Assembly (NCBI GenBank): GCA_964016885.1
Contig: OZ024762.1
Location: forward strand, 24,366,001 to 24,430,000
Origin: Eledone cirrhosa
Lineage: Eukaryota
DNA: 64,000 nt
Reading direction: 5' to 3'
The notes beneath the pieces are model-generated. The model did not search any database and was not told the origin of the DNA. It worked only from the letters and a program-made list of their open reading frames with translations. This document shows positions 14,988-28,812 of the stretch, piece after piece (position 1 is the stretch's first letter; each line of letters starts with the position of its first letter). A program made the translations under genes and the position numbers.

Positions 14988-15289
14988 GTCTATATATATA
15001 TGTGTGTATGTATATATATATATACATACATATACACACACATATATATACATATATATAATAGGCAAAACACTGACAATAGTATATACACACATGTGTG
15101 TGTATATTCATTTTCACTCTTCCAGAAGGAAGTGGTTGTTAATTGGAGAATGAAAGAACTACACACACACACACGCAGATACACACACACATACACACAC
15201 AGATACACACACACACACACACACACAAGCACATGCAGACTCACACAAGTGCACACAAAGATTAATTAAAAAAACACTGAGATAAAGAT

Positions 15290-15424
15290 GACAAGTCACA
15301 CACACACACTTACACACACACACACACTTACACACACACACACACTTACACACACACACACACACTTACACACACACACACACTTACACACACACACACA
15401 CACTTACACACACACACACACACT

Positions 15425-15457
<33 letters not shown>

Positions 15458-15501
15458 ACACTTACACACACACACACACACTTACACACACACACACACA
15501 C

Positions 15502-15547
<46 letters not shown>

Positions 15548-15570
15548 ACACTTACACACACACACGCAAA
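15290..15570. repeat. (CA)n with periodic ctta interruption
   Basis: Direct inspection. Confidence 0.9.
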
Positions 15571-16147
15571 CACGTGTGTGTATGTGTCTCTGCTTGTGTG
15601 TGTGTGTGTTTGTGTGTCCAACATTATAAATTCTTTGTGTGAGTTTTTAACATTCACACAAATCAAGTGACAAAGAAAAAAAATAACAGGCTGAAACTCA
15701 CAAAAGAGAACATCCTTTCCCCATGTGTGTGTGTGTGTGTACTTATATGTGTGTGTTTGTGTATGTGTGTGTGTGTACTTATATGTGTGTGTTTGTGTGT
15801 GTGTGTGTATGTACTTATATATATATATGTGTGTGTGTGTGTGTCTGTGTGTGTGTGTGACTCTAATTAACATGTATGTATGTGTATACTATTGTCACTG
15901 TTTTGCCTATTATATATATGTATATATATGTGTGTGTATATGTATGTATATATATATATATACATACGGACACATATATATATATATGTGTGTGTATATG
16001 TATGTATATATATATATATATATACATACGGACACATATATATATATATATGTGTGTGTGTCTGTATGTATATCTTATATTTTGTGACCGTTATGCCCAT
16101 ATATACTTATATATGTTTATATATATTCGCACATGTGTGTGTATATA

Positions 16148-16198
<51 letters not shown>

Positions 16199-16437
16199 CA
16201 TATTTACTCATACATACACTCTATTGTCACTACTATGCCTATATATATATATATACATATATTTATATATACATCTTGTGCGACTATTCATGTATATATA
16301 ACAGCATAAGAGACAATAAACCATATATATAATATATATAATATATATAATATATATATTCTCATACATACATATGTACACTCTATTGTCACTGTTATGC
16401 CTAGATATATATATATAGGTATATATATACAGATGTA

Positions 16438-16486
<49 letters not shown>

Positions 16487-17194
16487 TAAATCATGTCCTT
16501 AGAATTATTAAATAAAATATATACCATTTCCTATATATATATATATATACAGATGTATCTGTATATATTTATATATATACATGTATGTATATTATATATA
16601 TATACACATGTATGTATATAATATATATATACAGATGTATGTCTATAATATATATATACACATGTATGTATATAATATATATATACAGATGTATGTCTAT
16701 AATATATATATACACATGTATGTATATAATATATATATAATAATATACACATGTATATATATAATATATATATACACATGTATGTATATAGGTAGTCACT
16801 GTTATGCCGGTTATAACTGTTTCTCCCAGTTATATACAATACAAAAATCCTGTTCATTGCTTTATGTGGGACATGCTCAGCTTTTTTATTGTTTTGTACC
16901 AGCTGGTCAATCTCTTTCTCTCTCTACCTCTCTCTCTACCTCTCTCTCTATCTACCTCTCTCTCCCTACCTCTATCTCTACCTACCTCTATCTCTACCTC
17001 TATCTCTACCTCTCTCTCTACCTCTCTCTCTCCCTCTCCCTCTCTCTCTCTACCTCTATCTCTACCTACCTCTCGTTATCTTTCTCTTTCTCTCTCAATC
17101 TCTCTCTCTCTCTACCTCTCTCCCTACCTCTCTCTCTCTCTACCTCTCTTTCCCTACTTCTCTCTCTCTATATATATAGCTCTGTCTACCTCCC

Positions 17195-17258
17195 CCCCTC
17201 CGCCATACGCCCTGTAATGTCCCCATTTCCTGTGCACCCTTGTGGCAAATAAAGAAAT
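17195..17258 (+). mobile_element. Tx1-like LINE 3' stub
   Basis: tgtgcacccttgtggcaaataaagaaatctat matches the 3' termini at 58415-59835. Confidence 0.7.
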
Positions 17259-17764
17259 CTATCTCTCTAGATCTGTTTTTCGCTCGCTTTCTCTCTCTAT
17301 CTCCCCCCTCTCTATCTCTCTCTATCTCCTCCTCCTCTCGCTCTCCCAACCTATCTCTATCTCCTCCTCCTATCTCTCTCTTCCCCTCACTCTCTCTCTC
17401 TATCTCTCTCTCTGTCTCTCTCTCTCTCTCTGTCTATCACTCTCTCTCTCCCTCTATGTCTCTCTCCCTCTAGGTCTCTCTCCCCCTCTCTCTCCCACAC
17501 TCTCTCTCCCTCTCTCTCTCTCTCTGTCTATCACTCTCTCTCTCCCTCTCTCTCTATCTACCTGTCTATCTATCACTCTTTCCCGCCTCTGCTAATATTT
17601 TAATATATGTTCCTCTTTACCCCCCCCCCCCTCTCTGTCTCTCTCTCTCTCTCACTCCCCTCTCTCTCACTCCCTCCCCTCTCTCACACCCCCCTCTCTA
17701 TCTACCTCAATCTATCTTTCTCTCTATATTACCATTCATGCCTGTCTTGTCAATTTTTCTCTTT

Positions 17765-19113
17765 CACACACACACACACACACACAACACACACACATAA
17801 CACACACACATAGCACATAACACACACACACATAGCACATAACACACACACATAACACACACACACATAGCACATAACACACACACACACATAGCACATA
17901 ACACACACACACACACACACATCACATACACACACATAGCACATAATACACACACACACATAGCACATAATACACACACACATAGCACACACACACACAT
18001 AGCACATAACACACACACATACACATAGCACATAACACACACACACATAGCACATAATACACACACACACACATAGCACATAACACACACACACATAGTA
18101 CATAACACACACACACATAGCACATAGCACATAGCACACACGCACATAACACACACACACACACACACATATATAACACAACACACACATATATAACAGA
18201 CACACACATAGCCCATAACAGACACACACATAGTACATAACACACACACACATAGCACATAACAGACACACACACATAGCACATAACACACACACATAGC
18301 ACATAACACACACACATAGGACATAACACACACACACACACACATATAACACATAACACACACACATAGCACATAACACACACACACATATAACACATAA
18401 CACACACACATATAACATATAACACACACACACATATAACACACACATATATAACACACACATATAACACACACATATATAACACACACATATAACACAC
18501 ACACATATAACACACACATATATAACATACACACATATATAACACACAGACATATATAACACACACACATATATAACACACACACATGTAACACACACAC
18601 ATGTAACACACATACATATAACACACATATAACACACACACATATAACACACACATATATAACACACACACATATAACACACACACACATATATAACACA
18701 TATAACACACACACACATATAACACACACACACAATCATCCTTTCTCTCTCACACACACATACTCTTCACCACGCACACACACAATCTCTTCTTTTCACA
18801 CTCACACACACTCTCCATCATGCACACAGACACACACAATCTCTTCTTTTCACACACACACTCTCACACACAAACACACACACTCTCCCCACCATGCACA
18901 CACAATCTCTTCTTTTCACACACACACTCTCACACACAAACACACACACTCTATCCACCATGCACACACAATCTCTTCTTTTCACACACACACACACAAA
19001 CACACACACTCTATCCACCATGCACACACAATCTCTTCTTTTCACACACACACTCTCACACACACACAAACACACACACTCTATCCACCAAGCACACACA
19101 ATCTCTTCTTTTC

Positions 19114-19148
<35 letters not shown>

Positions 19149-19475
19149 CACACTCTCCACCATGCACACACAATCTCTTCTTTTCACACACACTCTCTCA
19201 CACACACACACAAACACACACACTCTCTCCACCATGCACACACAATCTCTTCTTTTCACACACACTCTCTCACACACACACACAAACACACACACTCTCT
19301 CCACCATGCACACACAATCTCTTCCTTTCACACACACACTCTCACACACAAACACACTCTCTCTCCACCATGCACACACACTCTCTTCTTTTCACACACG
19401 CACTCTCACACACAAACACACTCTCTCTCCACCATGCACACACAATCTCTTCTTTTCACACACGCACACATTCTC
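17765..19475. repeat. CA-derived minisatellites (cacatagcacataa; about 65-bp caatctcttcttttcac unit)
   Basis: Direct inspection. Confidence 0.9.
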
Positions 19476-19559
19476 CATGTACACACACACAAACATTCTA
19501 CTTTCAATTCACATATTTCCATTTCCCTCCATACAGAGATGTTAGTTTCCTTTATTACT

Positions 19560-19930
19560 ATCTGTCTTCCAGTCAGTCAGTCAGTCAGTCTGTCTGTCTG
19601 TCCATCTGTATTCCAGCCAGCCAGTCTGTCTGTCTGTCTGTCTCCAGCCAGCCAGCCAGTCTGTCTGTCTGTCTGTCTCCAGTCAGCCAGCCAGTCTGTC
19701 TGTCTGTCTGTCTCCAGTCAGCCAGCCAGTCTGTCTGTCTGTCTGTCTCCAGTCAGCCAGCCAGTCTGTCTGTCTGTCTGTCTCCAGTCAGCCAGCCAGT
19801 CTGTCTGTATTCCAGCCAGCCAGTCTGTCTGTCTGTCTGTCTCCAGCCAGCCAGCCAGTCTGTCTGTCTGTCTCCAGTCAGCCAGCCAGTCTGTCTGTCT
19901 GTCTGTATTCCAGCCAGCCAGTCCGTCTGT
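19560..19930. repeat. compound (CTGT)/(CCAG) tetranucleotide repeat
   Basis: Direct inspection. Confidence 0.9.
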
Positions 19931-20008
19931 CATACTTTTACTTTCTTTTTCACATGAAATTCATCTATATGGGTGTATGCAGCTTTTATGTCTGTATATA
20001 TATATATA

Positions 20009-21255
20009 CATCATCATCATCATCATTTTACGTCCCACTTTCTCCCTGCTTGCAAGGGTGGGACGGGAACTGATTCTGGCTTGGTTTCTACAGCTGGATG
20101 CCCTTCCTAACACCAACCTCATTTACAGTGAGTGCTGGGTGCTTTCTTGCTGTGGCACCTCCACGACCACTTTACAGTGAGTGCTGGGTGCTTTTTTGCT
20201 GTGGCACCTCCATGACCACTTTACAGTGAGTGCTGGGTGCTTTTTTGCTGTGGCACCTCCATGACCACTTTACAGTGAGTGCTGGGTGCTTTCTTGCTGT
20301 GGCACCTCCATGACCACTTTACAGTGAGTGCTGGGTGCTTTCTTGCTGTGGCACCTCCATGACCACTTTACAGTGAGTGCTGGGTGCTTTCTTGCTGTGG
20401 CACCTCCACGACCACTTTACAGTGAGTGCTGGGTGCTTTCTTGCTGTGGCACCTCCACGACCACTTTACAGTGAGTGCTGGGTGCTTTTTTGCTGTGGCA
20501 CCTCCACGACCACTTTACAATGAGTGCTGGGTGCTTTTTTGCTGTGGCACCTCCATGACCACTTTACAGTGAGTGCTGGGTGCTTTTTTGCTGTGGCACC
20601 TCCATGACCACTTTACAGTGAGTGCTGGGTGCTTTCTTGCTGTGGCACCTCCATGACCACTTTACAGTGAGTGCTGGGTGCTTTCTTGCTGTGGCACCTC
20701 CATGACCACTTTACAGTGAGTGCTGGGTGCTTTCTTGCTGTGGCACCTCCACGACCACTTTACAGTGAGTGCTGGGTGCTTTCTTGCTGTGGCACCTCCA
20801 CGACCACTTTACAGTGAGTGCTGGGTGCTTTTTTGCTGTGGCACCTCCACGACCACTTTACAATGAGTGCTGGGTGCTTTTTTGCTGTGGCACCTCCATG
20901 ACCACTTTACAGTGAGTGCTGGGTGCTTTTTTGCTGTGGCACCTCCATGACCACTTTACAGTGAGTGCTGGGTGCTTTCTTGCTGTGGCACCTCCATGAC
21001 CACTTTACAGTGAGTGCTGGGTGCTTTTTTGCTGTGGCACCTCCATGACCACTTTACAGTGAGTGCTGGGTGCTTTTTTGCTGTGGAATGATAGGGACCT
21101 CAGTCCTATCATCTCATTTCTACAGCTGAGTAAACTGGAGCAATGTGAAATAAAGTGTCTTGCTCAAGGAAACATCACATCACCCGGTCTGAGAACTGAA
21201 CTCACAACCTTTCAATTGCAAGGCCAATGCTCTAACCACTAAGCCATGTGCCTCC
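20009..21255 (-). mobile_element. SINE type F with internal 49-bp tandem expansion
   Basis: Head at 21255, tail at about 20010; both ends match the copy at 26650-26990. Confidence 0.9.
20122..21086. repeat. 49-bp minisatellite, about 19.7 copies
   Basis: Unit tttacagtgagtgctgggtgcttt(t/c)ttgctgtggcacctcca(t/c)gaccac; starts at 20122, 20171 ... 21053. Confidence 0.97.
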
Positions 21256-21413
21256 ATATATATATATATATATTTAAGAGTTAAACAAGGTTCAATGAAT
21301 AAATCAAAGAATGAGTTTTACAATAGATTGGAAGCACTCAACAGAAAATGTTTTCCAGAATTATTAATATTAATTCAAAATATTAACAAAATAGATATTC
21401 TTGTGATCAATTA

Positions 21414-21459
21414 TATTTTATTATACATATTTCAGAGTACGCCCTCATCAGATAAAATA
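21414..21459 (-). ncRNA. family D hammerhead with shortened stem II
   Basis: Minus strand TATTTTAT-CTGATGA-gggcgtactct-GAA-ATATGTAT-A-ATAAAATA. Confidence 0.65.
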
Positions 21460-21556
21460 AAATGATACATGACATACCCTGACATAGTAGATGGTTAAGA
21501 TTCAATCAAGGTAGTGATTAACTTATGACAAAACTCAATTTTATATATATATATAT

Positions 21557-21587
<31 letters not shown>

Positions 21588-21712
21588 TGTGTGTGTGTGC
21601 GTATATATATATATATATAGATAGATATGTGTGTGTGTGCATATATATATCCACATACACAATCCTAAAATACTATATTTCAACATTATATATAATATAT
21701 ATTATATATATA

Positions 21713-21785
21713 CAGGGTGTCCCAAAAAATGTATAGACATATATTAGAATGCTGTTGAACAGTGTATACATTTTGGGACACTCTT
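21713..21785. mobile_element. Tc1/mariner-like MITE
   Basis: TIRs cagggtgtcccaaaaaatgtata / tatacattttgggacactct; TA on the left flank. Confidence 0.65.
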
Positions 21786-22087
21786 TGTGTGTATATATAT
21801 ATATCATCATCATCATCATTTCATCTTACGTCCGCTTTTTCCCTGCTTGCAAGATATATATATATATATATGTCATTTTTCTACGCTAGCATGGGTTAGA
21901 CGAGTTGTCCCGTTGTGGGCAATGCCAGGTCAGGTGACCATGTCTTGCTCATACAGAACTGATTCTAGCTTGATTTCTACAGCTGGATGCCCTTCCTAAC
22001 ACCAGCCTCATTTACAGAGTGGACTGGGTGCTTGTTGTCATGTCATTTACACAACCACTTTACAGTGTGGACTGGGTGCTTTTACCG

Positions 22088-22123
<36 letters not shown>

Positions 22124-22125
<2 letters not shown>

Positions 22126-22318
22126 CGAAGGAAATGTGGTAAGGAACCAGGTGGACCCTAACGCACCAAAGTACTCAATACTTAGGGTAGTAGAGTGGGT
22201 AATAGGAACAAGTAAGACCCCGACGGCTGAACTCAAGCCATTTCGACGGCTAATTCTAGACTCAGAATTAGCCGTCGAAACGGCTTGAGCTCAGCCATCG
22301 GGGTCTTACTTGTTCCTA
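22124..22318 (-). mobile_element. family A fold-back element
   Basis: Hairpin 22203-22318 plus body. Confidence 0.8.
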
Positions 22319-22839
22319 GGGTAAGAACGGGATGGAAGAAGTTTAGGGAACTACTACCACTGCTAGCTGCAAAAGGCTTCTCCCTCAGAATGAAAGGCAG
22401 ACTGTATGATGCGTGTATCCGAACAGCGATGTTGCATGGTAGTCAGACCTAGGCGCTGAAGGTGGAAGACTTACGTAGATTAGAGAGAAACGAAGCCTGC
22501 ATGCTCCGATGGATGTGTAACAGTAATATACGTGAACGACAAAGCATAAAGGAATTGAGAGAGAGACTGAGCATAAGAGGAATCAAATGCTGCGTGCAGG
22601 AGAGGCGGTTACGCTGGTATGGACATGTGATGCGTATGAAGGATGACAGCTGCATAAAAAGGTGCAGAGCACTAGAAGTTGATGGAAACCGCGGAGTGGG
22701 GAGACCCAAGATGACTTGGGATGAGGTGATAAAAGCCGACCTTACCCAACTACACCTCTCAAAGTCAATGACACACGACCGTGACTTCTGGCGTCACGCA
22801 GTAATACAGGGTACCCGACCTCCCATGGGTACATGCTGA
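22318..22839 (+). pseudogene. RTE-clade LINE ORF C-terminal fragment
   Basis: RVRTGWKKFRELLPLL...KGRLYDACIRTAMLHGSQT*...RRLRWYGHVMRM...GRPKMTWDEVIKADL...DRDFWR; in-frame TAG at 22450. Confidence 0.9.
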
Positions 22840-22871
22840 AGCATATAAACAATATGCCCCCCCCCCCCACC

Positions 22872-23138
22872 GCAAGGTGGCCGTGGAGGTGCCACGGCAA
22901 AAAAGCACCCAGCCCACACTGTAAAGTGGACGTGTAGGCGCCACGAAAAAGCACCCAGCACTCACTGTAAATGAGGTTGGTGTTAGGAAGGGCATCCAGC
23001 TGTAGAAATCAAGCCAGATCAGTTCCTGTATGAGCAAGGCATGGTCAGCCGACCAGACACTGCCCACAACAGGACAACCCGTCTAACCCATGCTAGCGTG
23101 GAAGAACGGACGTAAAACGGTGATGATGATGATGATGA
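22872..23138 (+). mobile_element. SINE type F 3' half
   Basis: gttggtgttaggaagggcatccagctgtagaaa...cccatgctagc...(GAT)n. Confidence 0.85.
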
Positions 23139-23155
23139 TATATATATATATATGT

Positions 23156-23361
23156 AATGAAGGAGATGTGGTAAGGAACCAGGTGGACCCTAACGCACCA
23201 GAGTACTCAATACTTAAGGTAGTAGAGTGGGTAATAGGAAAAAGTATGACCCCAACGGCAGAGCTCAAGCCGTTTCGACGGCTATTTCTAGACTCAGGAA
23301 TAGTCCAGAAGTAGCCATCGAAACGGCTTGAGCTCTGCCGTCGGGGTCATACTTTTTCCTA
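23156..23361 (-). mobile_element. family A fold-back element
   Basis: Hairpin 23235-23361 plus body. Confidence 0.8.
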
Positions 23362-23958
23362 TATATATATTATATATATATATATTATATATATATATAT
23401 TATATATATATATATTGTATGTATATGCATGATGTGCGTGTGTGTGCGTTTGTGTATATATCATCATTTAATGTCTGTTCTCCTGCTAACACAGGATGAA
23501 CGTATCATCACAGATCAAGTCAGTATTTAATGGTAGGCACCGATGTCTGAGATGGACCTGGGGCCATGCGTTTCATTTACATATGTCCCTCCCCATAATC
23601 TACAAAGTGCATCGGGTGCATTTTGGTGTGACATTAGCTCTAGGTAGGTTGTCATGTCTTTGACACATCTGAAGAGTTAGTTCTTTCTACACTTTGTTTG
23701 TCAAGCTTTCTACAGCCTAATGTTCTTCCTATCAGCAACCACTTTACAGAGTGTACTGGGTGCATTTTATTCTGTCACTAACACTAGAAACATTGTAATA
23801 ACTTTGACACAATTGAAGAGTCTTCACGACACTATTTTGGCCTGGCGTCCAGAGCTGGATGTTTTTCCTATCACCAATCACTTTACACAACATACTCACA
23901 CACACACACATATAAACATAATATGTACCGAATAATTAATGTGATGCACTGAGGGTAA

Positions 23959-23989
<31 letters not shown>

Positions 23990-24079
23990 AAAGGTCTATC
24001 AGTAATTGCTTAACCGTTTCACTTTGTTTTGTATGACTAGATACAATAAAGTTTCTTATCTTAGAACCAGGAAAAATAA

Positions 24080-24490
24080 AGTTTTGTATCTTTGAACCTA
24101 GGAAAATTAACAGTTTTGTCTTGTAGAAGGATAGAAAGACAGTTTTGTATCTTTGAACCTAGGAAAGTTAACAGTTTTGTCTTGTAGAATGATAGAAAAA
24201 CAGTTTTGTATCTTTGAACCGAGAAAAATTAACAGTTTTGTCTTGTAGAATGATAGAAAAACAGTTTTGTATCTTCGAACCTGGGAAAATTAACAGTTTT
24301 GTCTTGTAGAATGATAGAAAAATAGTTTTGTATCTTCGAACTTGGGAAAATTAACAGTTTTGTCTTGTAGAATGATAGAAAAACTGTTTTATATCTTTGA
24401 ACCTGGGAAAATTAACAGTTTTGTCTTGTAGAAGGATAGAAAAACAGTTATGTATCTTTAAATGATAGAGAAACAGTTTTTTATCTTTAA
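24080..24490. repeat. 61-bp minisatellite, about 6.5 copies
   Basis: Unit gaaaattaacagttttgtcttgtagaatgatagaaaaacagttttgtatctttgaacc..; cagttttgtc at 24111, 24172 and onward. Confidence 0.93.
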
Positions 24491-25017
24491 ACGAGGGTTT
24501 TCTTTCAGGAGGATTGGTATATAAAGTGTTTATTCCCGAAAGTACATGGGACACCGTGAACTACAAGACTACTATTAGCTCCTCCTACTCCTCACCACCA
24601 CCACGACAACCACCACCACCACCACCACAGCACTATTTCACTTTAAGAACTGATGTTGAAAAGCCACGCTGGATGCTATGGTGCAGATCAAAACCCTAAC
24701 ACACACACACACACACATGACATGCACACACGCATGCACTCACACACTCAATTACATATGCAATCTCGCCTCACACCACCACCCTCTCTCTCTCTCTCTC
24801 CCCCTCTCTCCCTATAGGTCTCCCACCCTTATCCCTACTACTCCTATTCAGTCTGGTCTCCCAAATGTCCCTTGTACCCTGTGAATTTTTTCAATCTCTC
24901 TCTATCTCTCCCTTTCTCTGGCCCCTCTCTCTCTCTCTCTCACAAGGTGTTTGTCTGGCTCCCTTTTTTCTTTCATCATGTTTTCCTCCCCTAAACTCTA
25001 CTCCTTTTAATATAGTA

Positions 25018-25067
<50 letters not shown>

Positions 25068-25110
25068 CAACCCCCCTCTCTCATGATATCTATCTATCTA
25101 TATGTATATA

Positions 25111-25312
25111 TAGGAACCAGTAAGACCCCGACAGCTGAGCTCAAGCCGTTTCGACGGCTAATTCTGGACATAATTAGTCCAGAATTAGCCGTCGAAACGG
25201 CTTGAGCTCAGCTGTCGGGGTCTTACTGGTTCCTATTACCCACTCTACTACCTCAAGTATTGAGTACTTTGGTGCGTTATGGTCCACCTGGTTCCTTACC
25301 ACATTTCCTTCG

Positions 25313-25314
<2 letters not shown>
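25111..25314 (+). mobile_element. family A fold-back element
   Basis: 59-bp inverted arms with a 7-nt loop (25111-25235), then body into (TA)n. Confidence 0.85.
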
Positions 25315-25372
<58 letters not shown>

Positions 25373-25631
25373 CACAAGCAAGACACGGTCACTCGACCAA
25401 GTGGGACAACTCCCGTCTAACCCATGCTAGCATGGAAGATAGACGTTAAACGATGATGATGATACATACATACATACATATATACATACATATGCATATA
25501 TATATATATATAATTATTTTTTCTACTTTTGGCACAAGGCCAGCAATTATTACAGTGTATTACCGGTACTTTATTTTACCGACCCCGAAAGGATGAAAGG
25601 CAAAGTTAACCCTAGCGGGATTTGAACTCAG

Positions 25632-25673
<42 letters not shown>

Positions 25674-25723
25674 TGTGTATGGAATACTGTTGGCTTCTTG
25701 CTACAATACTTTCTATACCTTTC

Positions 25724-25760
<37 letters not shown>

Positions 25761-25889
25761 AAAGTTCTATTTAAAATTGTTGGGATAACAACAAGTAAAT
25801 ATTTTTATAACTGATATAAAGCACTCAACAAGTATTTGGAGTAGATATACAATATTAATATATGGAAACTATATTTATAAAACCATATC

Positions 25890-25954
25890 TATTTCATTAT
25901 ACATATTTCAGGGATACCAAATTAAATTATGGTATGCCTTCATCAGACAAAATA
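25890..25954 (-). ncRNA. type I hammerhead ribozyme (family D)
   Basis: Mirror copy of 26084-26148. Confidence 0.8.
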
Positions 25955-26083
25955 CAATATATAACAGTTTTACAAATAAGCTTTGACGTACTCTACTAAA
26001 ATGCAACCCTCATGGCTTCCAAAAATAATGGTTGCATTTTAGTAGGGTACGTCAAAGCTTATTTGTAAAACTGTTATATATTG

Positions 26084-26148
26084 TATTTTGTCTGATGAAG
26101 GCATACCATAATTTAATTTGGTATCCCTGAAATATGTATAATGAAATA
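26084..26148 (+). ncRNA. type I hammerhead ribozyme (family D)
   Basis: TATTTTGT-CTGATGA-AGG-C-ATACCA-taatttaatt-TGGTAT-C-CCT-GAA-ATATGTAT-A-ATGAAATA. Confidence 0.82.
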
Positions 26149-26188
26149 AATATGGTTTTATAAATATAGTTTCCATTTATTAATATCG

Positions 26189-26228
<40 letters not shown>

Positions 26229-26237
26229 AATTCATTT

Positions 26238-26631
26238 AGATTGGCAGTATCATAAGAGTGTCGCTTGTAGCATAGTTACAGTCTTTTACATTCTGAGTTC
26301 AAATCCCACCGAGGTTAACTTTGCCTTTTATCTTTACGGGGTCGATAAAATAAAGTACCAGTAATGTACTGGTGTCAATTTAATTGATGTTTCCCTCCCC
26401 AAACATTTTTGGCCTTGCGGCTAATCAGAAACTATTATATAGGGCGGTGGATTGGCAGTATCGGTAGAAGGTCGGACGCCATGCTTTGGCGCATAGAGTT
26501 ACGGCCCTTGCCATTCTGTGTTCAAATCCCGCCGAGGTTAACTTTGCCTTTCATCCTTACGGGGTCGATAAAATAAAGTACCAGTAATACACTGGGTAAT
26601 TGCTGGCCTTGTGCCTAACGTAGAAACAATT
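26238..26631 (+). mobile_element. two head-to-tail SINE type H copies (Meta-domain-like)
   Basis: ttggcagtatc A box, gttcaaatcc B box, aactttgcctttcatccttacggggtcgataaaataaagtaccag; second copy starts at 26441. Confidence 0.8.
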
Positions 26632-26649
26632 ATATATATATATATATAT

Positions 26650-26990
26650 ATCATCATTTCTTTTCATTTTACGTCCGCTTTTTCCCTGCTTGCAAGGGTG
26701 GGACGGGAACTGATTCTGGTTTGATTTCTACAGCTGGATGCCCTTCCTAACACCAACCTCATTTACAGTGAGTGCTGGGTGCTTTTTTGCCGTGGCAACC
26801 CCACGACCACTTTGCAGTGGAATGATAGGGTCCCCAGTCCCTATCATCTCATTTCTACAGCTGAGTAAACTGGAGCAATGTGAAATAAAGTGTCTTGCTC
26901 AAGGAAACAACACATCACCCGGTCCGAGAATTGAACTCACAACCTTTCGATTGCAAGGCCAATGCTCTAACCACTAAGCCATGTGCCTCC
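26650..26990 (-). mobile_element. SINE type F, full length
   Basis: Reverse complement of the 55941 copy. Confidence 0.9.
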
Positions 26991-27010
26991 ATATATATAT
27001 GTGTGTGTGT

Positions 27011-27348
27011 GATTTCCATCGAATGAAACAGTTCTAGTCATGTAGAAGCCATTTCTATTTTAAATTTGTTGTTTATGCTCTACTTATGTATTGAGTACTT
27101 TACTTACTGTGGTTACCTCCTGATTGAACCCGGGACTCACGTGGCTGAGTGGTTAGAGAATTGGTTTTGCAATCGTGAGGTTGTGATTTCGATTCCCGGA
27201 CCAGGTGATGCGTTATGTCCTTGAGCAAGACACTTTATTCCACGTTGCTCCTTCTACCTGGAGTTGCAACCGATAGATAGTATTACCAACTGGAGAGACC
27301 AATGGAAACATTGTTTCCTCGGTCCGATTTGACGAAAGTCGATCGACT
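27011..27348 (+). mobile_element. family B element (5' truncated in the HHR core) fused to SINE type G
   Basis: gaatgaaacagttctagtcatgtagaagcc...gggactcac runs directly into gtggctgagtggttagag at 27141. Confidence 0.75.
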
Positions 27349-27616
27349 GATTTTATATATATAAATAAATATATATATAAATATATATATCTATAAATAT
27401 ATATAAATAAATATATATATAAATAAATATATCTATAAATATATATAAATAAATATATATATAAATATATATATATATATAAATAAATATAAATATATAT
27501 ATATATAAATATATATAAAAAAATATATAAATAAATATATATATATATATAAATAAATATATAAATAAATATATATATATATAAATAAATATATAAATAT
27601 ATAAATAAATATATAA

Positions 27617-27683
<67 letters not shown>

Positions 27684-27836
27684 CAAACCCCTCACAAAAA
27701 AGTTTGTCTCTCCTACACTCTTTCTCAAAACACAAAAAACTCCACACCAAAAGCTCACCCCCTCTCAACACACACACACACTTTGTCAAACCCCCAAGGT
27801 CACTTACTCCCCCCCATGTTCACCACCCACCTCTTC

Positions 27837-27928
<92 letters not shown>

Positions 27929-28058
27929 GACAAGGCAGTCATAGTCTATACATGTGACAATATAACTAGAATTACTCACCATCAACTAACTTTGCTCTAT
28001 ATTTGCACGCTTAGCTCTTTCTGCTCCATCCAGTCATCGAACCATGTGTATGTGTGTG

Positions 28059-28137
<79 letters not shown>

Positions 28138-28284
28138 CTGTTGTTGATCTATCTCTCCATTCCACTCATTCATCTCTCTCTCTCTCTCCAGCTTCCCCTG
28201 TCCCCCCCCCCTCTTCAGCTCTCCCTGCCTCCCTTCTATCTCTCTCTGTATTATGTTCACATTTTATTCATTCATTCATCCTTT

Positions 28285-28315
<31 letters not shown>

Positions 28316-28748
28316 CAGTGGTAATAGTGTCACCACTGAGTGGTAGTAGAAGTAGTAATAGTAGTGGCAGTAGTAGTAGTAATAGTAGTAGTAGTAGCAG
28401 TGGTAATAGTGTCACCACTGAGTGGTAGTAGAAGTAGTAATAGTAGTGGCAGTAGTAGTAGTAGTAGCAGTAGTAATAGTAGTAGTAGTAGCAGTGGTAA
28501 TAGTGTCACCACTGAGTGGTAGTAGTAGTAATAGTAGTGATAGTAGCAGTAGTAGTGGTAGTGGTAGCAGTGGTGGTGGTGGTAGTAGTAGTATTAGCAG
28601 TGGTAATAGTGTCACCACTGAGTGGTAGTAGTAGTAATAGTAGTGATAGTAGCAGTAGTAGTGGTAGTAGTAGCAGTGGTGGTGGTGGTAGTAGTAGTAT
28701 TAGCAGTGGTAATAATGTCACCACTGAGTGGTAGTAGTAGTGGTGGTG

Positions 28749-28788
<40 letters not shown>

Positions 28789-28812
28789 CAGTAGTAGTGG
28801 TAGTAGTAGTAT
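28285..28812. repeat. (AGT/GGT)n with repeated gtcaccactgagtggt anchor (82-106 bp units)
   Basis: Five anchors visible. Confidence 0.9.

Larger units (their letters stand above)
25848..26190. repeat. long palindrome (about 161-bp arms, 21-nt spacer), family D element
   Basis: 25848-26008 is the near-perfect reverse complement of 26030-26190. Confidence 0.92.

Noticed and set aside
20122-21086. CRISPR-like regular array
   Set aside because: Units are contiguous with no unique spacers and derive from a SINE; eukaryotic context, no cas genes.
26738-26977. Recurrent 79-aa ORF (MPFLTPTSFTVSAG...)
   Set aside because: Antisense reading of SINE F; recurrence reflects copy number.
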